Below, piece by piece: positions 49,026 to 58,831 of a stretch of DNA of 64,000 bases. Source of the stretch: Bacillota bacterium (GTDB taxonomy: Bacteria > Bacillota > JAAYKD01); contig OY762825.2 in NCBI GenBank assembly GCA_963666425.2, positions 2,112,001 through 2,176,000 on the forward strand, written 5' to 3'. Numbering within the stretch: position 1 is the stretch's first letter; each line of letters opens with the position of its first letter. The position numbers and the translations under genes are program-made. The notes below the pieces were generated by a model. That model saw nothing but the letters and a program-made list of their open reading frames with translations. It did not search any database and was not told the DNA's origin.

Positions 49026-50492
49026 ATGTTTGATCTTCTGATCAAAAACGCCACCGTGATTACAGTCGATGCACAGCACAGAGTTTATCAGCCCGGTTAT
49101 ATCGCAGTGATTGGTGACAGCATTGCGGCAATTGGACCGATGCAGAATCTGCCGGAACAAGTCGAAGCAAAGAAAATCATCGATGCCGAAGGTCTGGCGG
49201 TGCTGCCGGGTCTGATCGACGGTCATGGCCATGCCGGTCATTGCCTGGTCAAGACCTTTGCCGAGCAGAATGATACGGCGAATCCACCCGGTTGGTGGGG
49301 CTCCATGGCTGAGGATATTTATTTCCGCCATACCGATGATTTCTTTTGGTACGCGGAAGGGGCACTGGCGGCGGCTGAACGCTTGAAATTTGGTATTACC
49401 ACCGGTGTTTCCATGCTGGGCAGCACCCCCCGTCCGGATCGCCTAGAAAATCTCGTTTCGCATTTTGCAGGTGCAGTCAAGACGGGCTTGCGGCAAATTT
49501 CCGGTATTGGCTCCTGTGATGGTCCCTGGCCGAAAAAGCCCTGGGTCTGGCAAAACGGTCAGCATTCTGAAACCAATTTTACTCCGGAGCAAATGGTAGC
49601 GAATACCGAAGCAGCCGTCAAAACCTTAAATGGCAAGCATAAGAGACAGATTTGTATTGTGGCTCCCGGTAGTATCGGCATCAATCAAGACAAAGGAGAT
49701 ACCAGAGAATTCTGTATCTGGAAAAATCAACAGATGGGCCGGATTGCCAAAGAATACAATCAGCCGCTGCATACACATGTCTATGGCGGCGGCGTGCAGT
49801 TTGTCTATGATACCACGCCGGAACTATTGGGACCGACCACGTCCCTGACGCATGCGACGGGTTTGAGTGAGAACGAAATAAAGATTTTAGCCGATACCGG
49901 CGCGGTTTTATTCCACGGTCCAACAACCAGAGCGAATATTAAAAACCGCTGCCCGGTTTATGAAGTATTGCGGGCGGGAGGCGAGGTTGTCATCGTCACC
50001 GATGGCACCGCCCCGGATCGCAGTTATGATATCTGGCGCGATATGAAGGTGTTTCAGGTCATTCACCGTGCCCATGAAAATGATCCGCTATTGGCACCGC
50101 CGGGACGGGTCTTGGAAATGTGTACCATTCGCGCGGCGAGAGCGCTGGGAATTGACCATCTGACGGGTTCGCTCGAGGTTGGCAAACGGGCGGATATCAT
50201 CATTGTCAATACCAAGCAGCCGCACCTGGCTCCTTTTGGCATCATGCCGGTGCAAAGAATCGTCTATCATGCTCAAGGTCAGGATGTCGACACCGTGATT
50301 GTTGACGGTGAAGTGATGATGGAAAACCGCAAGATGCTGGCTTGCGATGAAAAACAGATTTTAGCAGATGCGGAGCAGGCATTTCAGGCACTCTGTGACC
50401 GTCTGGGCAGCGAAAAGGTCAAGGCCTTTACCGCCTACGATGATATTTATGGCATCAGAGCAACGCCGATCAGGAATCCTTATGAGCAATAA
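49026..50492 (+). CDS. Metal-dependent amidohydrolase (MtaD/AtzA-like clade)
   Basis: PGLIDGHGH, LHTH, LTHA, VTDG, GSLEVGKRADII, VDTVIVDG. Confidence 0.88.
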   Translation: MFDLLIKNATVITVDAQHRVYQPGYIAVIGDSIAAIGPMQNLPEQVEAKKIIDAEGLAVLPGLIDGHGHAGHCLVKTFAEQNDTANPPGWWGSMAEDIYFRHTDDFFWYAEGALAAAERLKFGITTGVSMLGSTPRPDRLENLVSHFAGAVKTGLRQISGIGSCDGPWPKKPWVWQNGQHSETNFTPEQMVANTEAAVKTLNGKHKRQICIVAPGSIGINQDKGDTREFCIWKNQQMGRIAKEYNQPLHTHVYGGGVQFVYDTTPELLGPTTSLTHATGLSENEIKILADTGAVLFHGPTTRANIKNRCPVYEVLRAGGEVVIVTDGTAPDRSYDIWRDMKVFQVIHRAHENDPLLAPPGRVLEMCTIRAARALGIDHLTGSLEVGKRADIIIVNTKQPHLAPFGIMPVQRIVYHAQGQDVDTVIVDGEVMMENRKMLACDEKQILADAEQAFQALCDRLGSEKVKAFTAYDDIYGIRATPIRNPYEQ

Positions 50493-50515
50493 GAAGTAAA
50501 GTTGGTTAATTGGCT

Positions 50516-50566
50516 GCAAAAAGGATGGGCAGGCTTCCCTTTTGGGAAGTTGCCCATCCTTTTTGC
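50516..50566. terminator. Bidirectional terminator
   Basis: GCAAAAAGGATGGGCA...TGCCCATCCTTTTTGC. Confidence 0.85.
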
Positions 50567-50601
50567 TTCCGGTTCTGTTTTGCTTTTAAACAACTTGTCG
50601 T

Positions 50602-51402
50602 TCAGCAGCGTAGATCTCTTCGATTAAAGAAGAAGTAAGTTCCGGCCGCTGACAAGAGAGCCAAGGCAAAAGAAAGTAAACTAAAAGCCGGATCGATTTG
50701 CTTTTGAAACATCACAGTGTCGGCGTTGAAATAGAGAAAGGGTGAAAAAGCACGCAAAAAATCCAGATCGGCATTGAGGTCAATGACGACTTTGAGAATA
50801 AAGCTGACCAAAATGAGGGCAGTGACGATGGAGGTGGCGGATTTGGCGCTTTTCGCCCAGGCTCCCAACAACAAACCCAAAGCCAAAAAGATCAGCTGAA
50901 TCAGAAAAAGTGCCACACAGATTAAAAATACCGGATAGGTTAAGGGCGTTCCAGTATTATAGTGCTCTACCGAGATCAATGATGTGACAAAGGTGACCAG
51001 ATTGAGGATCAGAATATTGACCAGGGCAGCCGCTATTTTGCAGGTGATGGCATAGGACCTGGTGATCGGCTTGACAAAAAGGAAGTCGGCGGTTTTATCG
51101 CGTTCTTCTTTGGCGATGATCAAAGCGCCCAACATGGAACTATGCACGGTGGCCAGCAGAATGAAATAGAGAAAGAAGATGCTGTAAAACACGGCAACAG
51201 AGGTCAAATCTGCTCCTTCCGCAATTCCCATCACAACTTTCATCGATTCCGGAATTTGCGACATGAACTGCATCACGGCATCTCCGGTTTTAGCAAAGGC
51301 CGAATATTTCAGTAAACCGGCATAAATCAGGAAAACCATGGACAAACACCAAATCAGCAGTGATTTGGCATTTGTTTTCATTTCTCTGAGAAAAATGTTC
51401 AT
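50602..51402 (-). CDS. ABC-2 type exporter permease
   Basis: Six TM segments, AKEERDKTADFLFVKPITR, FSPFLYF. Confidence 0.9.
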   Translation of the reverse strand: MNIFLREMKTNAKSLLIWCLSMVFLIYAGLLKYSAFAKTGDAVMQFMSQIPESMKVVMGIAEGADLTSVAVFYSIFFLYFILLATVHSSMLGALIIAKEERDKTADFLFVKPITRSYAITCKIAAALVNILILNLVTFVTSLISVEHYNTGTPLTYPVFLICVALFLIQLIFLALGLLLGAWAKSAKSATSIVTALILVSFILKVVIDLNADLDFLRAFSPFLYFNADTVMFQKQIDPAFSLLSFALALLSAAGTYFFFNRRDLRC

Positions 51403-51415
51403 ACCTTAAAGCCTC

Positions 51416-52213
51416 CTATACTGCATGGATATCTTTTCTTTGATAGATACCATAACTCAGCAAAAGCAAAATAAAGAGAACTCCTAAGTCGAGCGCGACA
51501 TACTTTAGATCAAAATGGAGTTGAGACAGCAGTTCGGAAGCTCTGAAGTAAGAAAATGGTGTCAAATACGTTAATTTTTGTTCCATTAACGATTGATTGA
51601 TCATATCAATGATATAGAACATGAAAACCACACCTAGGGTGACCGGCATGACGGACTTTATTTTCTTGAGCAGCACGGAAACAAAGATACCAATGCCGAC
51701 AAAAAATAATTGTACCAGGAACAAGGAGCCGCCGAGCAGCATAAAATACTGCAGCTTGATCTGACTGCCTTCCACCAACCAAGCCGCTGGCAGGCAGCAA
51801 CCAAAGACCAGCATATTCTGTACGACGAGACAGAGCAGGACGGCCGCTAACTTCGCCGTGACAATTTGATAGCGCTGAACGGGTTTGGATAAGAGGAAAT
51901 CGGCGGTTTTAGCTCTGGTTTCTTCAGACAGCACACTGACACTGAGTTTCATGCTGTAGACAGCGCCGATCAAAACGATGTAACTGTAGAGAAAGCTCAA
52001 GTAACCGTTGATCTCTGAAAGGCTGACATCCGCAAAGCCAAAAGCAGCTTTGAATTCTCTGGGAAAATTAGCGAGAATGGCATCCAAAAGGGCAGTGTCG
52101 GCAGCAATGATATGGAAAAGAGAAATAAACAGGTAGAACGTTACGAGGATACCTAAGGTATAAGAGAGCAGGGATTTCAACTGCATCTTAAATTCCTGTA
52201 AAAAGATGTTCAC
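51416..52213 (-). CDS. ABC-2 type exporter permease
   Basis: SEETRAKTADFLLSKPVQR, LTPFSYF; GTG after GGAGGAGG. Confidence 0.9.
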   Translation of the reverse strand: MNIFLQEFKMQLKSLLSYTLGILVTFYLFISLFHIIAADTALLDAILANFPREFKAAFGFADVSLSEINGYLSFLYSYIVLIGAVYSMKLSVSVLSEETRAKTADFLLSKPVQRYQIVTAKLAAVLLCLVVQNMLVFGCCLPAAWLVEGSQIKLQYFMLLGGSLFLVQLFFVGIGIFVSVLLKKIKSVMPVTLGVVFMFYIIDMINQSLMEQKLTYLTPFSYFRASELLSQLHFDLKYVALDLGVLFILLLLSYGIYQRKDIHAV

Positions 52214-53105
52214 GAGCGGCCTCCTCCTTTTGATAATAATGCAGGAAGATTTCCTCCAACTCAGGCTCTTCAATCATCAGATTTGTCAATTCGCAAGATC
52301 GGAGTGCTTCCAGTAAGGAGTTGATATTGCCGTTATACAAAAAAGCAGCTTCCTGTCCGCTGACGAGATAGTTGGTGACCCCGGTGAGCAATGCTAATTC
52401 GGTCAGCGGCTCGGATTTAAATTCTAATTTTACCTCTTTGAAGGTCTTGCTGCGCAGTGCGTCGATGTCTTCGATTTTCACAATCCTACCTTCCCGGATG
52501 ATGGCGACACGGGAACAGAGTTTTTGCACTTCAGGCAGAATGTGCGATGAAAAGAGCACGGTAGCGCCGCGCTTATTTTCTTCGCGGATCAGGTTGAAGA
52601 ATCTTTGCTGCATCAACGGATCTAGGCCGCTGGTTGGTTCATCGAGAATGATCAATTGGGGACTGTGCAGCAAACCTTGAACGATTCCTACTTTCTTTTT
52701 GTTGCCATAACTTAAATCATCAATTTTACGGGTCAAATCCAAATCCATGACGTCAGCCAGATACTTGATTCTCTTCATGTCGGTCTTGCCATAGAAGGAA
52801 GCCGAATATTTTAGTAATTCGAGGACTTTCATGTCATCGTAATAAAACACTTCCGACGGCAGATAACCAATTTGCTTTCTGATTTCATGCCCCTCTTTGA
52901 TACAGTCGCGGCCAAAAATGGTCGCGCTGCCGCTGGTAGGGTGAATCAGTGCCAGGAGGGTGCGGATTGTGGTGGATTTGCCGGCACCATTCGGTCCGAT
53001 AAAACCGAAAATCTCATTTTCTTTGACCTCAAAGCTGATATCCAGAATCCCTCTTGACTTACCATAAAATTTAGTCAGATTTTTGATTTCAATCACATTT
53101 TCCAT
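52188..53105 (-). CDS. ABC exporter ATP-binding protein
   Basis: GPNGAGKST, LSYGN, ILDEPTSGLDP, SSH. Confidence 0.95.
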   Translation of the reverse strand: MENVIEIKNLTKFYGKSRGILDISFEVKENEIFGFIGPNGAGKSTTIRTLLALIHPTSGSATIFGRDCIKEGHEIRKQIGYLPSEVFYYDDMKVLELLKYSASFYGKTDMKRIKYLADVMDLDLTRKIDDLSYGNKKKVGIVQGLLHSPQLIILDEPTSGLDPLMQQRFFNLIREENKRGATVLFSSHILPEVQKLCSRVAIIREGRIVKIEDIDALRSKTFKEVKLEFKSEPLTELALLTGVTNYLVSGQEAAFLYNGNINSLLEALRSCELTNLMIEEPELEEIFLHYYQKEEAAREHLFTGI

Positions 53106-53724
53106 ACGAATCCTCCTTATAAAAGCTTACTCTAAAGAGAGATAAGAACGGTGCCAGAGCGTCTAAAATTTCTTTGGCTGAGAGCGAATTCCATTCTTTA
53201 TCGGCGTTTTGACGAACGAAATTCTCCGACCATTTTTCCAGGGTATAAAGCATGGTTGCTAAAGCGGATTTCCGATCAAGGTCAGGTTTGAATAAACTAT
53301 AGTCGATATTTTCATAAACAAGACCAAAGCTCTGATCCAACAAATCCCGATTGAGAGCAGCAATTTCTTCTTTCACTTGCAAAGAAGTTTCCAGATAGGC
53401 TGTTTTGATAAAATCAAAGATTTCCGGATGCTTTTTCATCAGTTCAAATTTCAACAAAATTAAGGCTTGGATGCGCAATAAAAAATCTCTCTGGTCGGGA
53501 TCAAGCTTCTCACAGATTTCCATGATATAAATCAGAACCGCTTGCCGATAAACCGAGAGAAACAATTCCTTTTTGGTAGAGAAGTAATGAAAGACCAGCC
53601 CTTTGGATACACCGGCCTCTGCTGCAATCTGATTGATGGAAGTCTTTTCATAACCGCATTGTGAGAAAATCTTGATTGCCGCATTGACTATTTTTTCTTT
53701 TGCTGAAGCAGCCTCCCCATCCAA
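53089..53724 (-). CDS. TetR/AcrR family regulator
   Basis: GYEKTSINQIAAEAGVSKGLVFHYFSTKKEL. Confidence 0.94.
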   Translation of the reverse strand: MDGEAASAKEKIVNAAIKIFSQCGYEKTSINQIAAEAGVSKGLVFHYFSTKKELFLSVYRQAVLIYIMEICEKLDPDQRDFLLRIQALILLKFELMKKHPEIFDFIKTAYLETSLQVKEEIAALNRDLLDQSFGLVYENIDYSLFKPDLDRKSALATMLYTLEKWSENFVRQNADKEWNSLSAKEILDALAPFLSLFRVSFYKEDSYGKCD

Positions 53725-53763
53725 ATGATAACATCTCCTTTAAAAAATAAATGAATCAAGCAG

Positions 53764-53796
53764 ATTATAGCACTATTGACCGAATCGGTCAATAGT
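53764..53796 (-). promoter_or_regulatory. sigmaA promoter overlapped by a perfect TetR-type operator
   Basis: Minus-strand TTGACC-N17-TATAAT; palindrome ACTATTGACCGA-A-TCGGTCAATAGT (53772-53796). Confidence 0.85.
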
Positions 53797-53989
53797 ACAA
53801 CACGTCGCTGCATTGCTTCGAAAAACCTGAGGATGTGAATATTTCATGATTTGTCTCCAGGAAAAGCATTGTATTTCCAACTGAAGATAAAGTATAATAC
53901 GGATATGTCGCAGGCACAGTTTGTTGCCAAGCACATTGATGGAAAATTTCAGCCTCGAAAGGCTTCGATGCGATAGGTAAGAAGGGAGC

Positions 53990-54646
53990 ATGACAAGGAT
54001 GAAGAAAAGCAATTCAGGCAGAAAAGGTTTTACTCTTGTTGAAATTATTGTGGTCCTTGTAATCCTTGCCTTGCTGGCAGCGATTGCCATTCCTAGCTTG
54101 ACAGGTTATATCCGCAAAGCGCAAAAGGCCAATGATACCGTCAATCTGCATACCTTGAACTCGGCAACAACCTGTTACCGTTTGAATAAAGTCATTACGA
54201 ATAATGATGTTTTTGACCCTCTCACGACTGAGAATGCCAGAATGCAGGCGTTGATTTCAGAAGGTTTTCTGGAGCAGATCCTGATTTCTCAACAAAAGGA
54301 TGTCCAGTATGTTTGGCATATCCCCACGCAAAAGTGGCTAAGCGAACCGGTGTCCGATTCACCGCCAACGATTGCAGTTGCCAGTGTATCCCTGAATAAA
54401 TCTTTCCTTATCGTATCTGATCCAGCTAATGGCGGAGACAATGCCAGCCCAAAGACTTTGCTTGCCACCGTGCTGCCGGTCAACGCGAGTAATCTCACAG
54501 TGACTTGGTCTTCCAGTGACACTGCCATTGCTACCGTTGATAGCAACGGGGTAGTGAGATTTGTCAAACCAGGAAATGTGGTGATTACTGCCACCAGTGC
54601 GGATGGCAGTAAAACGGCAACCTGTGCTGTGCGAACGCAGTGGTAG
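53990..54646 (+). CDS. Type IV pilin-like protein with C-terminal Ig-like (Big_2) domain
   Basis: KG/FTLVEIIVVLVILALLAAIAIP class III signal; LLATVLPVNASNLTVTWSSSDTAIATVDSNGVV. Confidence 0.88.
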   Translation: MTRMKKSNSGRKGFTLVEIIVVLVILALLAAIAIPSLTGYIRKAQKANDTVNLHTLNSATTCYRLNKVITNNDVFDPLTTENARMQALISEGFLEQILISQQKDVQYVWHIPTQKWLSEPVSDSPPTIAVASVSLNKSFLIVSDPANGGDNASPKTLLATVLPVNASNLTVTWSSSDTAIATVDSNGVVRFVKPGNVVITATSADGSKTATCAVRTQW

Positions 54647-54722
54647 AAAGAATGAATCGCAGTCAATCGGTCAGCAGGCTTTTTAACTGCAACGGCTTGA
54701 TCACAAGGAGAGTGTTATAAAC

Positions 54723-57296
54723 ATGGAAGCGGAAAAGAAAATGAAATACTGGAGCCTCTCTCCCGATGTCGTGCTGCAGGAACTGCAGTCGTCCAAAACC
54801 GGACTCAGCCGGGAAGAAGCTGCCCGCCGATTAAAGCAGTACGGTGCCAATACGATCCAGGCGCAAAAGAAAAATGCGCCGCTGCGGCTTTTTCTCAATC
54901 AATTCAAAAGTCTGATTATTTTGATTATGCTGATTGCAACTGCAATTTCGGCCGCAACCGGTGACTGGCTTGATTCCGTCATTATTTTGGCCATCGTTTT
55001 GGCCAGTGCGGTCCTCAGCTTTTTGCAGGAATATAGCGCCGATCATGCCATCAGCGAGCTGCGCTCGCGCATTCAACAGAAATCTACCGTAGTTCGCAGC
55101 GAACAGGAATTGGAAATTCCAACAATTGAGCTGGTAGTCGGTGATATCGTTTTGCTTTCCGCAGGAAGTCTGATCCCTGCCGATGGGTTGATTTTGGAAT
55201 GTGATGCGTTTAATGTCAATCAATCGATTCTAACCGGAGAGGCGTTTGCGGTTGAAAAAGAAGCAGTGCCTGTCGAGGCGGAAACCGCGTTAGCGAATCG
55301 TAAAAATTGTGTCTTTATGGGAACCAATGTGCGCAGCGGCAATGCTAAAATACTGGTGGTCGAGACAGGACTCCAGACCGAATTCGGCCAAATTGCAAAA
55401 GATCTCGAAGCCAGCGCGCCCGAAACAGAATTCGGACGCGGTGTGCGTCGTTTCGGTTATTTATTGGCCGGGATCATGCTTGTTTTAACCCTGTTTGTCT
55501 TCCTGTTGAATTTGATTTTCCAGAGACCCTTCATCGATTCCTTATTGTTTTCGGTCGCTTTGGCGATTGGCATTACACCGCAGTTATTACCGGCGATCAT
55601 CAATATCACGCTTTCCCAAGGAGCGCAGACCATGGCGAAAAAAGGGGTTATTGTCCGTCACCTGACCGCCTTGGAGAATTTCGGCAGTATGGATGTGCTC
55701 TGTACCGATAAAACCGGTACTCTGACCGAAGGCGTGGTTCATCTCGATGCGGCAGTGGATGCCCAAGGAAATCCTTCCGAAGCAGTTTTTCGTTTGGCAT
55801 ATCTCAATTCTAAACTGCAAATCGGATTGGTGAATGACCTGGATAAGGTGATTATCTCTAATCGGCAGCTTGAGATCGGCGACGTCCGGAAAATCGGAGA
55901 AATTCCCTTTAACTTCGTACGCAAACGGCTCAGTGTGATCGTGCAGGACAGCACAGGCTGCAAAATGATCACAAAAGGCGCATTAAATAGTATACTCACA
56001 ATTTGCAGCAAAGTAGAAACCGAAACGGGAGAGCAAACGCTCGATGCCTCGCACTTGGCAGCCATCAATCAACATTTGGTGGAATGGAGCGACCAAGGGT
56101 TTCGTGTGTTGGGTATTGCTCAGAAATCGCTGGAGGTTCGAGCGAAATATACGGTGCAGGATGAACAGGATTTGACCTTTGCAGGTTTCTTATTGTTTTT
56201 AGATCCACTGAAAGCGGATGTCATTCAAACCGTATCGGATCTGGCTCAGCTTGGGATTCAGCTGCGGGTGATCACCGGTGATAATCATCTGGTTGCTCTG
56301 CACATCGCTAAATCGCTCGGTATGCAGATCCGGCAAGTCCTGACGGGCAGCGAGCTGAGCGAATTAAGCGATGATGCCTTGCTGGAACGCATTGAAACAA
56401 CCGATTTGTTTACCGAAGTGAATCCCAGCCAAAAAAAGCGCATCATTCTCGCTTTGAAAAAGCAAGGTCATGTAGTTGGCTATATGGGCGACGGGATCAA
56501 CGACGCACCAGCTTTACATGTGGCTGATGTGAGCATTTCTGTCAGCACGGCGGTGGATGTGGCCAAAGAATCAGCCGATTTTGTGCTGCAGGAGAAAAAT
56601 TTGAGTATCCTGAAAAACGGTGTCCTCTTAGGGCGGGCTACGTTTGCTAACACCTTAAAGTATATCAATATTACCACCAGTGCGAATTTCGGCAATATGT
56701 TTAGCATGGCAGGCGCATCTTTGTTTCTTCCGTTTTTGCCGCTGCTGCCAAAGCAAATCTTGCTGATCAATTTTATCTCGGATTTTCCTGCTATGACCAT
56801 TGCGGCGGATACCGTTGATGAAGAAACCATTGCGGTACCGCAACGCTGGGATATGCGCTCCATTCGTAATTTTATGTTTACCTTCGGTTTCATCAGTACT
56901 GCTTTCGATTATTTGTCCTTTGCCGTGCTTTTATTTGGCTTCCGGGCCGGGGAAGAGCTCTTTCAAAGCAGCTGGTTTGTGCTTTCGATTCTGACAGAAC
57001 TGTTGATCTTATTGGTTGCCCGCACCCGAAAGCCCTTCTATCAAAGCAAACCGGCGCCGATTCTCTTATATTCCACCATTGCAGTCGGAATTTTCACTCT
57101 GATTCTCCCTTATTTGCCGCTGCAAAAAGCATTGAATATCGTCGCAATTCCATTGCCGACCTTATTGGCTTTGTTGGGAATTGCTCTGCTCTATATCATT
57201 ACCACTGAAATCGCAAAACATTTCTTCTACCGCAGTAACTTAGCGCTGAAAAAAAGCAGCGTTTCAAAAGCGGAAGGCAGCGAAAGGAAGGATTAG
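54723..57296 (+). CDS. mgtA: Mg2+-importing P-type ATPase
   Basis: TGE, TPQLLP, DKTGTLT, KGA, GDGINDAP, TSANFGNMFS. Confidence 0.88.
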   Translation: MEAEKKMKYWSLSPDVVLQELQSSKTGLSREEAARRLKQYGANTIQAQKKNAPLRLFLNQFKSLIILIMLIATAISAATGDWLDSVIILAIVLASAVLSFLQEYSADHAISELRSRIQQKSTVVRSEQELEIPTIELVVGDIVLLSAGSLIPADGLILECDAFNVNQSILTGEAFAVEKEAVPVEAETALANRKNCVFMGTNVRSGNAKILVVETGLQTEFGQIAKDLEASAPETEFGRGVRRFGYLLAGIMLVLTLFVFLLNLIFQRPFIDSLLFSVALAIGITPQLLPAIINITLSQGAQTMAKKGVIVRHLTALENFGSMDVLCTDKTGTLTEGVVHLDAAVDAQGNPSEAVFRLAYLNSKLQIGLVNDLDKVIISNRQLEIGDVRKIGEIPFNFVRKRLSVIVQDSTGCKMITKGALNSILTICSKVETETGEQTLDASHLAAINQHLVEWSDQGFRVLGIAQKSLEVRAKYTVQDEQDLTFAGFLLFLDPLKADVIQTVSDLAQLGIQLRVITGDNHLVALHIAKSLGMQIRQVLTGSELSELSDDALLERIETTDLFTEVNPSQKKRIILALKKQGHVVGYMGDGINDAPALHVADVSISVSTAVDVAKESADFVLQEKNLSILKNGVLLGRATFANTLKYINITTSANFGNMFSMAGASLFLPFLPLLPKQILLINFISDFPAMTIAADTVDEETIAVPQRWDMRSIRNFMFTFGFISTAFDYLSFAVLLFGFRAGEELFQSSWFVLSILTELLILLVARTRKPFYQSKPAPILLYSTIAVGIFTLILPYLPLQKALNIVAIPLPTLLALLGIALLYIITTEIAKHFFYRSNLALKKSSVSKAEGSERKD

Positions 57297-57297
57297 G

Positions 57298-58809
57298 ATG
57301 ATCAGAGGATTGGAGTCGTCTGTTACCAAGATTCGCAAACAGGTTTTTGCCGAAGTGGCACGTTTAGCTTATGAAGGCGGTGATTATTCCCGCGTGGAAC
57401 AGTTGCCTTATGTGATTGTGCCTGGTGAAACCGCCAAATACAGAGAGTCAATTTTCCTGGAGCGGGCGATTGCCGGGGAGCGCATTCGTTTGGCAATGGG
57501 ACTGCCGCTTCGTCCGGTCAGCGAACATAAATTGTTATCGGAAGGTGTTGACCAAAGCGCCATCGCCGAGAAATACTACGAGCCGCCGTTGGTGAATATT
57601 ATCCCTTTTGCCTGTAATGCCTGTCCAACGACCCAATATAAAGTTACCGAATTTTGTCAGGGCTGCCTGGCGAAATCCTGCGCCCAGGTCTGCCCCACTC
57701 AGGCGATCACTTTTGAACATTTAAAGGCTGTGATTGACCAGAATAAATGCATCAAATGCGGCCGCTGCAGCAGCGCCTGTTCCTATAATGCCGTGATCCG
57801 GTTGGAACGTCCCTGCGCCGCCGCCTGTGGTATTGACGCGATTGGTATGGATGAGCACGGCAAAGCAAAAATCGATTACAATAAATGTGTGTCCTGCGGT
57901 ATGTGTTTGGTCAATTGTCCGTTCGGGGCAATTGTCGATAAGGGGCAGATTTTTCAGTTGGTACTTTCCATTCAACGCGGTGATCAAGTAATTGCCATTG
58001 TAGCGCCTTCTTTTCTTGGCCAGTTTGGCACCGATGCAACGCCGGAACGATTTACTGCTGCCATGCAGCAACTGGGCTTTGACAGAGTAGTGGAAGTTGC
58101 GGTGGGAGCCGATCTCTGTACCGTTCAGGAGGCGGAGCTTTTCCTGCAGGAAGTGCCGGCAGAAAAACCTTTCCTGGCCACTTCCTGCTGTCCTTCCTGG
58201 TCGATGATGGCCAAACAACTCTTCCCCCAATTTGCTGACTGTATTTCGATGGCGCTGACCCCGATGGTGTTGACCGCCAGGCTGCTGAAAAAAAAATACC
58301 CCAAAGCACGTATTGCTTTTATCGGACCCTGCTCGGCAAAAAAACTGGAAGCCAGCCGCAGCGATATTCGCAGCGATGTAGATTTTGTGCTGACTTTTGA
58401 GGAACTGCAGGGGATGTTTGTGGCGAAAGAGGTTCAATTCCAGCAAATCACAACAGAAATACCGCTGAATCAGGCAACCGCGGCCGGACGGGGCTTTGCG
58501 GTGACCGGTGGTGTTTCCGGTGCGGTCGTTGAAGTGATCGGGAAATTGCAGCCGGAGCGCCAAATCAAAGTGATGACTGCGGAAGGATTGCGCAATTGTA
58601 AGAAAATGCTGATGGCAGCCAAAGCCGGAGTTTATAACGGTTATTTGTTGGAAGGCATGGCTTGCCCGGGCGGTTGTATTGCCGGAGCCGGTACGATTCA
58701 GCCAATCGGTAAATCCAGAGAGGAAGTAGCGAATTATAAGAATGCTGCCCAAGAGAAGAATGCGCTGGATTCAAAATATGTGATCAACTTACCGGAACTG
58801 GAAGAATAA
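57298..58809 (+). CDS. Monomeric [FeFe]-hydrogenase, group B type
   Basis: ACNAC, CQGC...C, two ferredoxin motifs; ATSCCPSW, GPCSAKKLE, EGMACPGGCIAGAG. Confidence 0.9.
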   Translation: MIRGLESSVTKIRKQVFAEVARLAYEGGDYSRVEQLPYVIVPGETAKYRESIFLERAIAGERIRLAMGLPLRPVSEHKLLSEGVDQSAIAEKYYEPPLVNIIPFACNACPTTQYKVTEFCQGCLAKSCAQVCPTQAITFEHLKAVIDQNKCIKCGRCSSACSYNAVIRLERPCAAACGIDAIGMDEHGKAKIDYNKCVSCGMCLVNCPFGAIVDKGQIFQLVLSIQRGDQVIAIVAPSFLGQFGTDATPERFTAAMQQLGFDRVVEVAVGADLCTVQEAELFLQEVPAEKPFLATSCCPSWSMMAKQLFPQFADCISMALTPMVLTARLLKKKYPKARIAFIGPCSAKKLEASRSDIRSDVDFVLTFEELQGMFVAKEVQFQQITTEIPLNQATAAGRGFAVTGGVSGAVVEVIGKLQPERQIKVMTAEGLRNCKKMLMAAKAGVYNGYLLEGMACPGGCIAGAGTIQPIGKSREEVANYKNAAQEKNALDSKYVINLPELEE

Positions 58810-58831
58810 TACAGTGAGCGGAGGAACCAAG

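Noticed and set aside
49026-50492. Amidohydrolase as the enzyme behind putative tRNA C-to-U editing
   Set aside because: Known tRNA deaminases have the CDA fold (HxE...PCxxC); this TIM-barrel enzyme has no RNA-binding domain
57721-58752. 343-aa ORF antisense to the group B hydrogenase
   Set aside because: Shadow ORF
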